This document shows positions 18,501 to 29,200 of a DNA stretch of 62,667 nt, piece by piece (within the stretch, counting starts at the first letter, position 1; each line of letters starts with the position of its first letter). The position numbers and the translations under genes are program-made. The notes beneath the pieces are model-generated. The model did no database searches. It saw only the letters and a list, made by a program, of their open reading frames with translations, and was not told the DNA's origin. The DNA comes from a virus (lineage: Duplodnaviria; Caudoviricetes), in IMG/VR virus record IMGVR_UViG_3300048026_000549, positions 1-62,667 of that record; one strand, 5' to 3'.

Positions 18501-21425
18501 ATGGCAGATAGATACTGGGTTGCTAAGGGATTAGTGGCGAACGCATCCGACACCTCCAGTTGGAATACAGCCCCGGACGGAGGTGGGTCTTCCGGCGTAC
18601 CTGCTCTTAATGATGTACTACACTTTGGTGATGAAGTGTCGGTGCAGACTGGAGTAGGCTTCGCTAAGTGCAATTATAACATTACCACTACCATAGAGCA
18701 TCTAAAGACATCAAGTGGCTACAACGGCGCAACAGTGACCTCTACGGACATTTCTTTCACAGCACCCGGCACTATAACCCACAGTCACTCTAATTGGGAG
18801 GACTTGGGGTTCAAGCAAGGTATGACCATCACAATATCGGGGGCCGCTAATGCCGCCAACAATCAAACCCGAGAAATCCAAGTAGTGACCAGCAACACTA
18901 TGACACTCTTGGGTTTGAGCCCTTCACTTGCTGACGAAGCGGCTGGTGCTAATGTGACAATAACATGTGACATTTCAATCGACATCACCGCTTCATTTAC
19001 TACCGACCTATTGACTCTCGATACTAAGATGCAAAACACAAGTGGTTCGGGAGTGACTATTACAATCAACGGTAATGACGCACCCTTCTATGTGACTAAT
19101 GGGTCAAACGCAGTCATTGAAAATGTTGACGACATAACCTACGACTATAACAACTCTTACCAGACTGTTATTTTTGATGATGGTCCTTATCCCATTGTAG
19201 TAGGTACTTCCAGTGACTTTACCCCGGAGTATCAAGCCCCCACATCCACTGACTTCGGTGCCGCAACCATGAGAACCTTGAGATTGGACTCGAGTTGTAC
19301 TTTCGCTCCTAACCCAAGCCCTGCGGCATCACCACGACTAAACAGCAGTAAGGTCTTCAACATTACTAAGACCAGCAACTTTCAAATACAACACAACACC
19401 TTTGACACAGGACTAAGTACATTTGCTTTCACACTCGACGCCAGCAATTGGACACTACCTATTAGCGGTGACACTTCCTATGGTGCTGGTACCTTTGTGT
19501 CAAAGTTCTATAACCTCATCATACGCACTCCCGATACTGCTGGGCATGTCACACTAATACCGAGTGACCGGACACTATCAGTCAACAGCCTAACTGTCGA
19601 GAGCGGAGCAGTCCTCCGTGGGCAGACTACTACGAACACCGGTACTACCAGCACGATATGCTCGGTTAGGCGACCATTGATTCAAGGCGCTTGGAACTTC
19701 TCACAACTATCCGATGGAGTGTATGTCTCAGTGCTGTCCGATTCTTTCCCAATCACACCGTCGAGTGGGGCCAAAGGACTGGTACAAATATCCAACGGTG
19801 CTGGTACCTTCTCATCCGATTCTAAATTGACATGGACCAGCGGCACATCCACCTTACTTGTTGATGGTAAATTGGATGTCACTGGACTAATTGACCCTAC
19901 GGGCATGCAGTTCGACAGGCAAGCGACCAATCCCGGCACTGCTGATACAGTGTGGGTGGACAATACCGGGTCACTAATGTTTGGAGCAAGCGCAGTTGGT
20001 GGTTCCGGCAGTCAAGGACCAGCCGGGCCAGCCGGACCACAAGGTCCAGCGGGAGCAGATGGGGCTGACGGAGCCGATGGCGCACAAGGTCCAGCCGGAC
20101 CAGCAGGTGCTACCGGAGCGGCTGGTGCAACCGGACCTGCGGGTCCACAAGGACCGGCGGGAGCGGCAGGTGCTGATGGAGCAGACGGCTCCGATGGTGC
20201 GACAGGCGCACAAGGCCCACAGGGACCGGCAGGGGCAACAGGACCGGCAGGTTCTAATGGCTCGGACGGAAGTGATGGTGCAGACGGTTCGGATGGAGCG
20301 CAAGGTCCACAGGGACCAGCAGGTGCGACAGGACCAGCAGGGCCTCAAGGACCGGCGGGACCGACCGGTGCTACTGGACCTCAAGGACCACAAGGCCCAG
20401 CCGGTAGTGGGGGTACGATTGACATTTCAGCACTTACAGCAGACACACAAATCCGAGACGCCGACCTAATTCTCATTGACGCGGCGGCTAATGGAACCAA
20501 TAGGAAAACCACATTTACCGAGGTCAAGGAGTGGATTCGTGGCGAAGGCCAACGGGTTGGTCGAGATGGTGGTGTCAACGAATTAAGGATTCGAGATTCA
20601 AGGGACGACGGAGATGTTCACCCCAACGAGTTCGTTAATCAGACTGTATCGTTTGACTTCACCGACGACATAACAGGCTCAACGAACTCTTGGGACTCGG
20701 TTATGACCATGAAGGGGTGGACTGATAACTACCGAGCATGGCAGATATGGTCTGCGGCGCATACAAGTTCGGGGTCCGTCGATACAGTGCCACTGTTCTT
20801 CCGTAGCGGAGAGGAAGATGTGCAAGACGGTTGGGGCCAAATAAAGGAGATTTTAACATTTCCCGGTACTGCTCCGAGAGTCGATGGTTCGGCAGGTCAA
20901 ATTCTACAAACCAACGGCAATGGCGTACTTTCTTGGGCTTCACTGCCTCCTACATCTCCCCCACCCATTACGGGCCAGTACGAAAAATACATACTTCAAC
21001 AGTCAATTTCAACGGGCGGAGGGACCATAACACTTGGATTCAATCCCAATGAACTATTCGGTACATACCAAACAGGTTCAGTGTCGGATTGGGCGGAGGG
21101 GCCGGACCACCTTGAAATCACCGCAGACGGGCTGTTCCAATTCACCTTCGGTGTGTTCGTAGATACACTTGGTGCAAATTCGGCTGAAACGCTATTTACA
21201 ATCTCAACCAACCCTTTTGCATCGGGCGACCTACTTTCGCACCGAAACAGAGGGGACACGGACAGGTTCACGGACACAGGGGTCACTACTGCATATTTGA
21301 CTGCTGGACAGCGTGTGTGGTTTGATGTTTCTTGTAATAGAACTCACGCAATCGGTGGCTTTGTACCCGGTCCTTTTGGACGGAATGAGGTCCGTACTTT
21401 CCTTGATGTAAGGAGGCTTGAATAA
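18501..21425 (+). CDS. Collagen-repeat fibre / receptor-binding protein
   Basis: Beta-rich N-terminus (DRYWV..SSWNT..GG..SGVP), long G-X-Y run, beta-sandwich-like C-terminus. Confidence 0.85.
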   Translation: MADRYWVAKGLVANASDTSSWNTAPDGGGSSGVPALNDVLHFGDEVSVQTGVGFAKCNYNITTTIEHLKTSSGYNGATVTSTDISFTAPGTITHSHSNWEDLGFKQGMTITISGAANAANNQTREIQVVTSNTMTLLGLSPSLADEAAGANVTITCDISIDITASFTTDLLTLDTKMQNTSGSGVTITINGNDAPFYVTNGSNAVIENVDDITYDYNNSYQTVIFDDGPYPIVVGTSSDFTPEYQAPTSTDFGAATMRTLRLDSSCTFAPNPSPAASPRLNSSKVFNITKTSNFQIQHNTFDTGLSTFAFTLDASNWTLPISGDTSYGAGTFVSKFYNLIIRTPDTAGHVTLIPSDRTLSVNSLTVESGAVLRGQTTTNTGTTSTICSVRRPLIQGAWNFSQLSDGVYVSVLSDSFPITPSSGAKGLVQISNGAGTFSSDSKLTWTSGTSTLLVDGKLDVTGLIDPTGMQFDRQATNPGTADTVWVDNTGSLMFGASAVGGSGSQGPAGPAGPQGPAGADGADGADGAQGPAGPAGATGAAGATGPAGPQGPAGAAGADGADGSDGATGAQGPQGPAGATGPAGSNGSDGSDGADGSDGAQGPQGPAGATGPAGPQGPAGPTGATGPQGPQGPAGSGGTIDISALTADTQIRDADLILIDAAANGTNRKTTFTEVKEWIRGEGQRVGRDGGVNELRIRDSRDDGDVHPNEFVNQTVSFDFTDDITGSTNSWDSVMTMKGWTDNYRAWQIWSAAHTSSGSVDTVPLFFRSGEEDVQDGWGQIKEILTFPGTAPRVDGSAGQILQTNGNGVLSWASLPPTSPPPITGQYEKYILQQSISTGGGTITLGFNPNELFGTYQTGSVSDWAEGPDHLEITADGLFQFTFGVFVDTLGANSAETLFTISTNPFASGDLLSHRNRGDTDRFTDTGVTTAYLTAGQRVWFDVSCNRTHAIGGFVPGPFGRNEVRTFLDVRRLE
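20013..20403 (+). repeat. Collagen G-X-Y coding repeat
   Basis: QGPAGPAGPQGPAGADGADG... about 40 triplets. Confidence 0.9.
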
Positions 21426-21527
21426 TGACGAGATGTGTATATTTAGACGGATGGTTCGACGCTAAATCGAAAGAACTTGACGCAGAAGAAAAAAGACAAA
21501 AAAAAGACTTGATAACAGGTGAGAAAA

Positions 21528-21695
21528 ATGAGTAGTCGAAAAGGAAAAATTGTGTATCAACCACCGGAAAGATGCTACACCAATGTGAACATTGAAAAGA
21601 CGGAGCATGGGTACGCAGTATATAGGGTGGGCGAAAACAAGCCGTTTTCCTTCATCCCGACATCAGCAGTTAAGCAAATTGAATACAAGGAGTGA
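21528..21695 (+). CDS. Small hypothetical protein (55 aa)
   Basis: MSSRKGKIVYQPPERCY...; AGGTGA RBS. Confidence 0.55.
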   Translation: MSSRKGKIVYQPPERCYTNVNIEKTEHGYAVYRVGENKPFSFIPTSAVKQIEYKE

Positions 21696-21700
21696 ACAAA

Positions 21701-22000
21701 ATGGACACCGAAATGATTATCTTGCTCGCCGCCATCGCCGTTGGTCTTGGTTTGGCTGGGTACAAAGCATACAAAAAATTGATGGCAGATGGTAAAATCA
21801 CACTTGATGAAGTGATTGACTTGGCCGACGACCTAAAGAAAATCGTCGATAAGTTGCCATCCCCATCCGCAATGAAGAAAATGAAAAAGGACGAACTGAT
21901 TGCCCTTGCTAATGACAACGGTCTTGCAGTCGATGGCACTAAAGCCGACCTCATCTCCCGCCTTGAAGAAGCAAAGCAGGTGATTGAAGATGGACAGTGA
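21701..22000 (+). CDS. TM-anchored protein with C-terminal SAP-like domain
   Basis: N-terminal TM helix, DGKITLDE, then KMKKDELIALANDNGLAVDGTKADLISRL. Confidence 0.75.
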   Translation: MDTEMIILLAAIAVGLGLAGYKAYKKLMADGKITLDEVIDLADDLKKIVDKLPSPSAMKKMKKDELIALANDNGLAVDGTKADLISRLEEAKQVIEDGQ

Positions 22001-22142
22001 GGCTCGCTTGGATAACTTGGAAGAAAGAACACGCTTGCTTGAGCAAGCCGTTCTTGAACTATCGACTATGGCCAAGTATTTGAAATACGCCGCTATCGCC
22101 CTGTTCGCTTCGCTTGGCGTTGATGTACAGGGGGTCATGTGA
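21990..22142 (+). CDS. Small coiled-coil + TM protein
   Basis: MDSEARLDNLEERTRLLEQ...YAAIALFASLGV; GGTGA RBS. Confidence 0.55.
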   Translation: MDSEARLDNLEERTRLLEQAVLELSTMAKYLKYAAIALFASLGVDVQGVM

Positions 22143-22143
22143 T

Positions 22144-22479
22144 ATGACCTACTGCACCAGCACTGATGTATCAATCCGACTCGGACTTGACTCAGCACAA
22201 CAGGCTCGAGCGGCTACCCGCATCACAAGCGCCATCTCCCGAGCAACAATCAACATTGACCAAGAGTTCCGAGACTACGGTAGAGCCGCTCCAACTGGCG
22301 CTACTGGCAACATGGCCGCAGTTCTCAAAGAAATTTGTGCTGACCTCGCATCGGCAATTTACCTTGAGGACGATGCGGCATTCCATCAGTCCGGCGTTGA
22401 AGCAGTTCGCTCCAATGTTCTCCGAATGAGGGGCAATGGTGAACTCCAGCGACTCGCTCATTTGGGAACGGTGAGTTGA
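22144..22479 (+). CDS. Head-tail connector-like protein
   Basis: MTYCTSTDV..RL...AISRAT..ID...LKEICADLA pattern. Confidence 0.65.
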   Translation: MTYCTSTDVSIRLGLDSAQQARAATRITSAISRATINIDQEFRDYGRAAPTGATGNMAAVLKEICADLASAIYLEDDAAFHQSGVEAVRSNVLRMRGNGELQRLAHLGTVS

Positions 22480-22480
22480 T

Positions 22481-23047
22481 ATGGGCTACACCATCAACCT
22501 AAAGAATAGTCTTGGTAGCGTCAGTGCTACCATTAAAGACAGGCAACTCAATGCCGCAATGGATAATTTTGAGAAGACTGCTGGCGCAGTCATTGCCGAC
22601 GCAATCAAAGATGTACTAAGACAAGAAGCCGCAAGCACTCAGCGTTTCATCAACGGCGCAGTCAGTCCCCGACAACGATACATGGGTAAGCGAGTGGCAG
22701 ATTCTATTGCGGTTGAGATGGGGCAAGACGAGGCTAACAACATCGTGGTTAGATTTGGTGCTGACCCAATGGACGACGGTGGACCGGAAGGTTCTCGTGG
22801 TGGGAAGTTGGCACTGCTACTCGAGTACGGGGCACGACCGTTTGAATACGGATTCACATTCAAGACAATTAAGAACTCCCCTTCGTGGGGCAGTGGTGCT
22901 GGCGAAGGTGGTTTCATTAACGCCAAAGGTCGCAATTCCACTCACCCCGGTTTCAAGTCAATAGGCTGGCTCGAGCGAGCAGAAGAGCGAGTTAAGCCGG
23001 AGATAGGACAAGCAATAGCAGATGCACTTAGGGAGGCATACGGATGA
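22481..23047 (+). CDS. Neck/tail completion protein (HK97 gp10-like)
   Basis: VADSI, LLEYG, HPGF..WL motifs. Confidence 0.65.
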   Translation: MGYTINLKNSLGSVSATIKDRQLNAAMDNFEKTAGAVIADAIKDVLRQEAASTQRFINGAVSPRQRYMGKRVADSIAVEMGQDEANNIVVRFGADPMDDGGPEGSRGGKLALLLEYGARPFEYGFTFKTIKNSPSWGSGAGEGGFINAKGRNSTHPGFKSIGWLERAEERVKPEIGQAIADALREAYG

Positions 23048-24132
23048 GCATAGCAACGACAACCCAATTTTGGACAAGCAGAATGAACGGCGGCGACCCG
23101 TCGAATTTGACAGACTACGGCACCGACAACGCCTCGTTCACACGAACTGCTGGCGATGGCGGCTCGGGTAGTGAAGTCAATGGTTCATGGCAAATCTTGG
23201 CAGGTGCTGGACAAGAGTGGTCAATCACTCCTACCAGCGATGCCTACACTATGGTCGTCTGTTTCAAAATGACCAGCACTCCGGCAGACAGCACAGTTCT
23301 CATGGAACTCGACAACGGCACACACAAGGCACAGGTACAGGCTACCGGTGACTTGCAGACGCTAAGGCTCGTGGGAGCGACGAGTACGACAATGACCAAT
23401 CTTGACTTGGCACAGGCTGGTGCCTTCGACGCAGTACCCATCATGGTTAGGTTGACCCTAAGTTCAACGGGAACTGCCACCATGTACTGCCGGGAAATCA
23501 TCGAAGACGATGCAGGTACGGCCAACTATGTGCAGGTCACAGGCGATACTGGTTCCTCTAAGGCAATCAAGTGGGGCAACGACAGTGGCACAATCATTTG
23601 GAACAATGTGTATTGCACCACCTACGGTGCATTCGACCCCGATGAAATGTCCACATCCCCATTCGTCACCGACAGTCTAATGAGGATGGGTTTGTCAATC
23701 GTGGAGTTGCTCAAGAACAGCAAGCGATTTTACCTCAAGAACCAAGTGTCGGACGCATCAATCCTGTATGGCTACGACATCTCATCGCAGATGGTCACAC
23801 GAATACCACAGCCGTCAATACATGTCCTCCTAAAGCAGTTGGAGTCACCATCATTCACCACTCTCGGTGGTACACGAATCGAACAGAACTACTCGGTGAT
23901 TCTATTCATCACCACTCGTGGTACTGACTACAAGAACTCGTACCGCATGGGACTTGAGATTGCAGGGGACACCTTTGACGAACTGTACACCAACACCGGT
24001 TTGCTCGGCAACACCGACAGTCTAACTGACTACACTATCTCATTCGACACGAAGATGGACGATGATGAAGTTGTGTGTGTCCATAGGCTGGAAGTCACCT
24101 ATATGCGGCGACTAAATATGCTTCACAGGTGA
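23044..24132 (+). CDS. Putative tail terminator with extra N-terminal beta domain
   Basis: Directly upstream of the tail tube gene; C-terminal PSIHV...YSVILFI pattern. Confidence 0.5.
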   Translation: MSIATTTQFWTSRMNGGDPSNLTDYGTDNASFTRTAGDGGSGSEVNGSWQILAGAGQEWSITPTSDAYTMVVCFKMTSTPADSTVLMELDNGTHKAQVQATGDLQTLRLVGATSTTMTNLDLAQAGAFDAVPIMVRLTLSSTGTATMYCREIIEDDAGTANYVQVTGDTGSSKAIKWGNDSGTIIWNNVYCTTYGAFDPDEMSTSPFVTDSLMRMGLSIVELLKNSKRFYLKNQVSDASILYGYDISSQMVTRIPQPSIHVLLKQLESPSFTTLGGTRIEQNYSVILFITTRGTDYKNSYRMGLEIAGDTFDELYTNTGLLGNTDSLTDYTISFDTKMDDDEVVCVHRLEVTYMRRLNMLHR

Positions 24133-24180
24133 AACCCTTAAGTGATAAGCCGCAAGTAGCCTGTACTAAGGTGAACCTTT

Positions 24181-25257
24181 ATGGCTTCCAATCTCAAGTA
24201 CCGATATGTCGCACTGACCCCCGAACACACTACTGTCACTGGCGCTCGTTCCTACGGAACAGCATCGGCTGGTGCTTCCGCTCGAATTGGCGGAGAAGCA
24301 GACAGTGAGTCGATTCAATACCAATTTGACCTCTTGACCCGAGCAGACATGAGTCACTACGGTGCACAAAAGTCCGTGAACGGCAAGGAATACTCGAGCG
24401 GAAGCATCGACTTGGTTATGCAACCGGACGACTTCCTCGGCCTTTGCATTTACGGTATTTACGGTGACAACACTGCAAACCCACCCGCTTCCTCTGGCTA
24501 TACGCAGACTGCCAAAGTCCACACCTTCAAGGAGGCTTCCGACCAAGTTCTCCCATCATTCACTCTCGAAGTGGGTCGTGAAGAAAAGGAACACACCTAC
24601 ACAGGTATGTGTGTTGAAAGCCTTTCGTTCAGCGCATCCCACGGTGAGTACGCAACAATCAGCGCATCATTTACTGGTAGGTCGGAATCAGCACTTAGCA
24701 CCCTCACAAACCCTCCGCTCTCCGGCAACACAGTTGATGGCTTCCACTTCGCAGAAGGCACTGTGTCCTTTGCATCAGCAGGTGGTTCACCAGTGGCCAG
24801 CACTCGAATCCAATCAATCAGTCTTGACTTCAACATGAACCTCGACACAGATGCGGCTTGCTCAATCGGTAGCCGAACCTACCTCCGACAACCTCTTCCA
24901 CAAATGAGAGAAATCAGCGGTACTGTTGAGTTCTCAACAGCACACGATGTGGCTGGAAGCGTGGACGACCCAGCATACGACACAGCACTCGGTACTGGAG
25001 GCGCTATCTTTGATGGAAGCGCCTCAAACCCTGCACTAAGACTGGTATTTTCCAGTGGAACCAGTGAACTTGAAATCCAAATCCAAAAATTGCGATGGGA
25101 AGCACCTACATCCAATGTGTCGGGCCGTGACACTGAAACACTCAGCATGTCCTTCGTTGGTTTGCTTGACCAAACCACCGACACCATGTCAAAGATGGTT
25201 CTAACCAACACCAGCAACGCTGGTGCACTGTCAGGCGCACGATACTCCGCACTTTGA
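24181..25257 (+). CDS. Major tail tube protein
   Basis: SGSID, LPSFTLE, YTGMCVESLSF, REISGTVE pattern typical of tail tubes. Confidence 0.85.
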   Translation: MASNLKYRYVALTPEHTTVTGARSYGTASAGASARIGGEADSESIQYQFDLLTRADMSHYGAQKSVNGKEYSSGSIDLVMQPDDFLGLCIYGIYGDNTANPPASSGYTQTAKVHTFKEASDQVLPSFTLEVGREEKEHTYTGMCVESLSFSASHGEYATISASFTGRSESALSTLTNPPLSGNTVDGFHFAEGTVSFASAGGSPVASTRIQSISLDFNMNLDTDAACSIGSRTYLRQPLPQMREISGTVEFSTAHDVAGSVDDPAYDTALGTGGAIFDGSASNPALRLVFSSGTSELEIQIQKLRWEAPTSNVSGRDTETLSMSFVGLLDQTTDTMSKMVLTNTSNAGALSGARYSAL

Positions 25258-25652
25258 GGTGATTTAGTTGGCATCTCCAATCAACAACCCAGCCGCAATG
25301 ACAGTCGTTAAGGTTGTTAGCGATATGGCTTCGGTTGATGCAGACCTACAAACAGCACTGAGGGCAAGAAGTGCCAACGATATGGTGTTTTCAATTGACC
25401 TTGTTCGTAGTGCACTTAACAACCAAGTTGTTGCGTATATCACATACGAAGCCGCACCATGAGGTGATTAAATGAAGAGAATGAAACCAATTAAAGGAAG
25501 CGAACTCAAGAACCTACACGGCGTTAAGCCAAAGAGTGTGGGAATGGTGCCCGAGGCACCTGTACCGGAACCTAAGCCAGCAGTGGTTGAAGTTCCAAAG
25601 GCTGTCAAGCCGAAGAAAAAGACAAGTAAAGCAAAGAAGAGTGTGAAGAAGA

Positions 25653-26275
25653 ATGGCAGTGATGAAAAAACAATTTGATATTGGTAGCAAGAAGATTTGG
25701 GTCCGACAAGCAAGCGGTATGGAACGCTTGAAGTACGAAACCCTACTCGCAAAAACCTTCCGAAAGTTCAAGCATTTTGGACCGGATAACACAAAGTGGA
25801 CACCCGAGCAACAAGAAGAATTTCTTGTGGCCCTCGAAGACGCTGGTGCATCTATGGAAGACCAAATCCGTGACATGGTACCAGCCTGTCTTGTTGATGA
25901 TGTGGATATGAACCTCATTGACCGGGACGACCTCATGGAAATTTTCGACTTCGTTCGTGGCGGAGAGGACACACCGGAAGGTGCTGTCCCTTTGGACTCG
26001 TGAGCAAGGTAGCCCCGGCACTTTGCTCATCGTTCAAGGGAGTCCTCCCTTCGGTGTTGCTCGAAAGATACACTCAAGAGGGGGGCTGGCGAATGATGGA
26101 ATACGACCTCGCTTGTCTCAACACTATACACGATGGTATAGAAGAGTCGCAAGCATCCTCCCGCAAGGACGGGGCATCTATGGAAGCACGGCGAAAGCAA
26201 CGCCGAGCGCAGACTATGGACGACGATGCTATGGTCGCATTATTGAAACAACAGGGCATACCTGTGAATGAATAG
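25653..26275 (+). CDS. Tail assembly chaperone (25653-26003) with -1 frameshift extension to 26275
   Basis: Lies between tube and tape measure; in-frame slippery C CCT TTG at 25988-25994. Confidence 0.75.
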
Positions 26276-26287
26276 GGGGTGTAATAC

Positions 26288-29200
26288 ATGACTCGAATCG
26301 GTGCATCCCAAGTCTTTTTCAACATCGTTGCTCAGTTCAACGCTGAGAAGTTGATTAAGGACAGGGAAGCAATCAACACCGTTATGAAGGCGGTTTCGAT
26401 TGACACTGCCGAAGCAATCATGAAGCCGATGGAAGATGCTTCTAAGGCCATAGGTATGATGGTTAATGAAACAACCCTCTTGGCCCAAGAACTTGGTTTC
26501 GCTTCTATTGAGTTCGAGAAGTTCTTCGGCTCATCTGCTGATGTCGATACGATGCGTGACAGTGTGGTCGAACTCGGTATGTCCTTTGCTATGACCGGGG
26601 AAGAAGCACTGGCCGCAGGTTCTCGTGCGTCCCAAGTCGCTAACTTGATTGGCCGTGCGAATGTTGGAGTTCTCACGGAACTGGCATTTACTCTTGCTGA
26701 AATCTCCGACCTTAACGCTGAGGAAGCACAGCGTGGTATTATTCAATTGCACCAGCAGACAGGTATGCTATTTGGTGAACTTGACCAAGCGGCATTCAAA
26801 CGCTTGAGCCTACAAGAGCAACAGAATGTCCTCGTAAGGGAGGGTGCTGAGGCACTCGACGCACTGAACACTATCGCTAACCGGTCGGTTGCCCTTGAAG
26901 GCGACTTGGTTCGTGTCATGGGTACATTCGCCGCACAGGGTGAGTTGGTCGGTGACTCGTTTGAGTTCATGGCCGCTCAATCCGCAGTTCTACTCGAAGC
27001 CGGTGAGGAACAAGGTACAGCAGGTCGTGCCCTGCGTATGATGTACGCTCGTCTTGGTGGTGACATCTCCGGCGCTCGAACTGAAATTGAGGCTCTTGGT
27101 TATGAGTTCACTAAGGGCGACGGTATCAATAAGCAAATGAAAACCATGCAAGAAATCATGGAAGAACTTAAATCCAAAGGTTGGGACCAACTCAATCCGG
27201 CACAAAAACAGAATATCGCACAGACCATTGCTGGAAACCGACACTATGTCCGTTTCATCAAGTTGATGGAGAACTACGACCGTGCACTACAACTGTCTGC
27301 TGATGGTGCCGCAGGGTTTGACTCGGCATTGGGACAGGCTAACAAGGCTCTTGAGCACCAATCTAACCTGCTTAAGAAGGCAACAAATGAACAAGAGTTG
27401 CTAAAGGCTGAGATTGGGGAGGGGCTTATGCCCATCACCACTGCGTATGTACAAAAGCAGAATCAAATGCTTGAGGTCACTAAGAATTTAACGAAAGGCA
27501 CTGGTCCACTCGGCAGAAGTCTTGGTAGGCTTGCCGCCAATATGCAAGTATTGGGTGGTGCAGTCAAGTTGGGTCTTGGAATCCGCACTCTCGGTGTTGG
27601 TTTCGAGATGTTCACTTCGATTCAAAAGCAATTGCACGGTATTCTTGTTGCTAACGAACACCTACACAGCAAGCAAGCGAACCACCTTGCGTTCAATGTA
27701 AAGGCATCAAAGTATCAAACGGACATCCTCAAGGGACAACAGCACATTCAACAAAAAATCAACGCCGCTATTGAAAACAGAAGGGTGGTTCAGTACGCTA
27801 TGGCACCGCTTATTAGGGAACAAGAACCCATCCTTGAAAGGCTGGTGGAACTTGAGAAGCAAAGGGTCGAACACGAAGACACACTGGCTGAAAAAGCGAC
27901 TATTTACAACATGGCTGTCGAGAGAAGACTCTCTCAACAGGACCACGGTGCCAATAGTGCCCAGCATAGAGTCATGATGGCCAAACAAGAGGTGCAACTA
28001 CAAAGCCACCTTGTTGATTTGGCAAAAGACCTGTACATGAATAAATCATCCTTCAAGGATGATGCACTCGTCCGTCAATTCTTGACCGATTCGGAAATGG
28101 TTAAGAACATGACTGAGAGTGAGAAGAAATTGCTCGTTGAAAGAAACATGGAACTCAAGAAAACCCACACGCTACTCCAGCGCATAAAGGGGGAGAATGA
28201 ACTGATAGGTGCTTTGGGTGGCCGTGATACACTTTCGGGTATTAACCAAAAAAGTATTCGACTCGAGCGAATTGGTGATACCGTTGGGGACATGCTTGAA
28301 ACGGACAGGATTCAACTCGCAAAAATTTTGGAACAAATGGGTCAGTACAATGTAAAACAACTGTCAATGAAATACAAAGGCATAAGTGAAGCAGATGTGC
28401 GAGCCTATGCTGTTGATTACAAAGAAAAGGGGAGTCTTGCCGTCCACTTAAACAAGCAGTTCGAGAACGACCCAATAGGAAGACGGTCAGAAGGCGACAT
28501 CATAAGCACCGCCACAGCGTTTGACACATTGGCCGCTTCCATAAAGAACACTGAGAAACCACTAACAGTGACAAGGTTTGAGTACGATGCGTTGATGCAA
28601 GCACTGACAAGATACGGTGGTAAAATCGCCCAAACAGAAGATATTCTCAATATCATGGGCGAGGCAGAACGCCAAGAACTCACCAACCAATTCCACTTGG
28701 AAGATGCTGTTAGGGCACAAAATGAAGCAAGAAGGGCACTCAATGGTACACTTAGAGAAGAGTTGAAGTTGGAGGTGAGAAGTGTTGAACTACAAAAGGA
28801 ACTCGCTCCTATGCTGGCTAAGGTCAATGACACAACTCTCGAGCAAGAGGAACGGTACAGACAACTCGGTATAATGATTGACGCTCTCACCAAAAAAGTC
28901 GAAAAGAAAGACAAGGCTATGGTCAATGAGTACATGCAGAAGAGTCAGTTGAAGTTCAGTGAAGACACAGTAAAGTCTATTGAAAAGATGCAATTCTCAC
29001 TTGTTAGTCTTACCACAGTGGTCAGTGGAATGGCACCACAGCAATACATGGCTGTTTTTAGCATGGCTGGTCTTGCGTCAAGCATGACAAAATCTGCTGG
29101 TGCCGCTGGAACTGCAATCAAAGCGTTCGTCGCACTTCAAGTCGCAGAAGCGAAGGCCACAGTCACAACACAGGTCAATACCGGAGCAGTTCAAGCAAAC

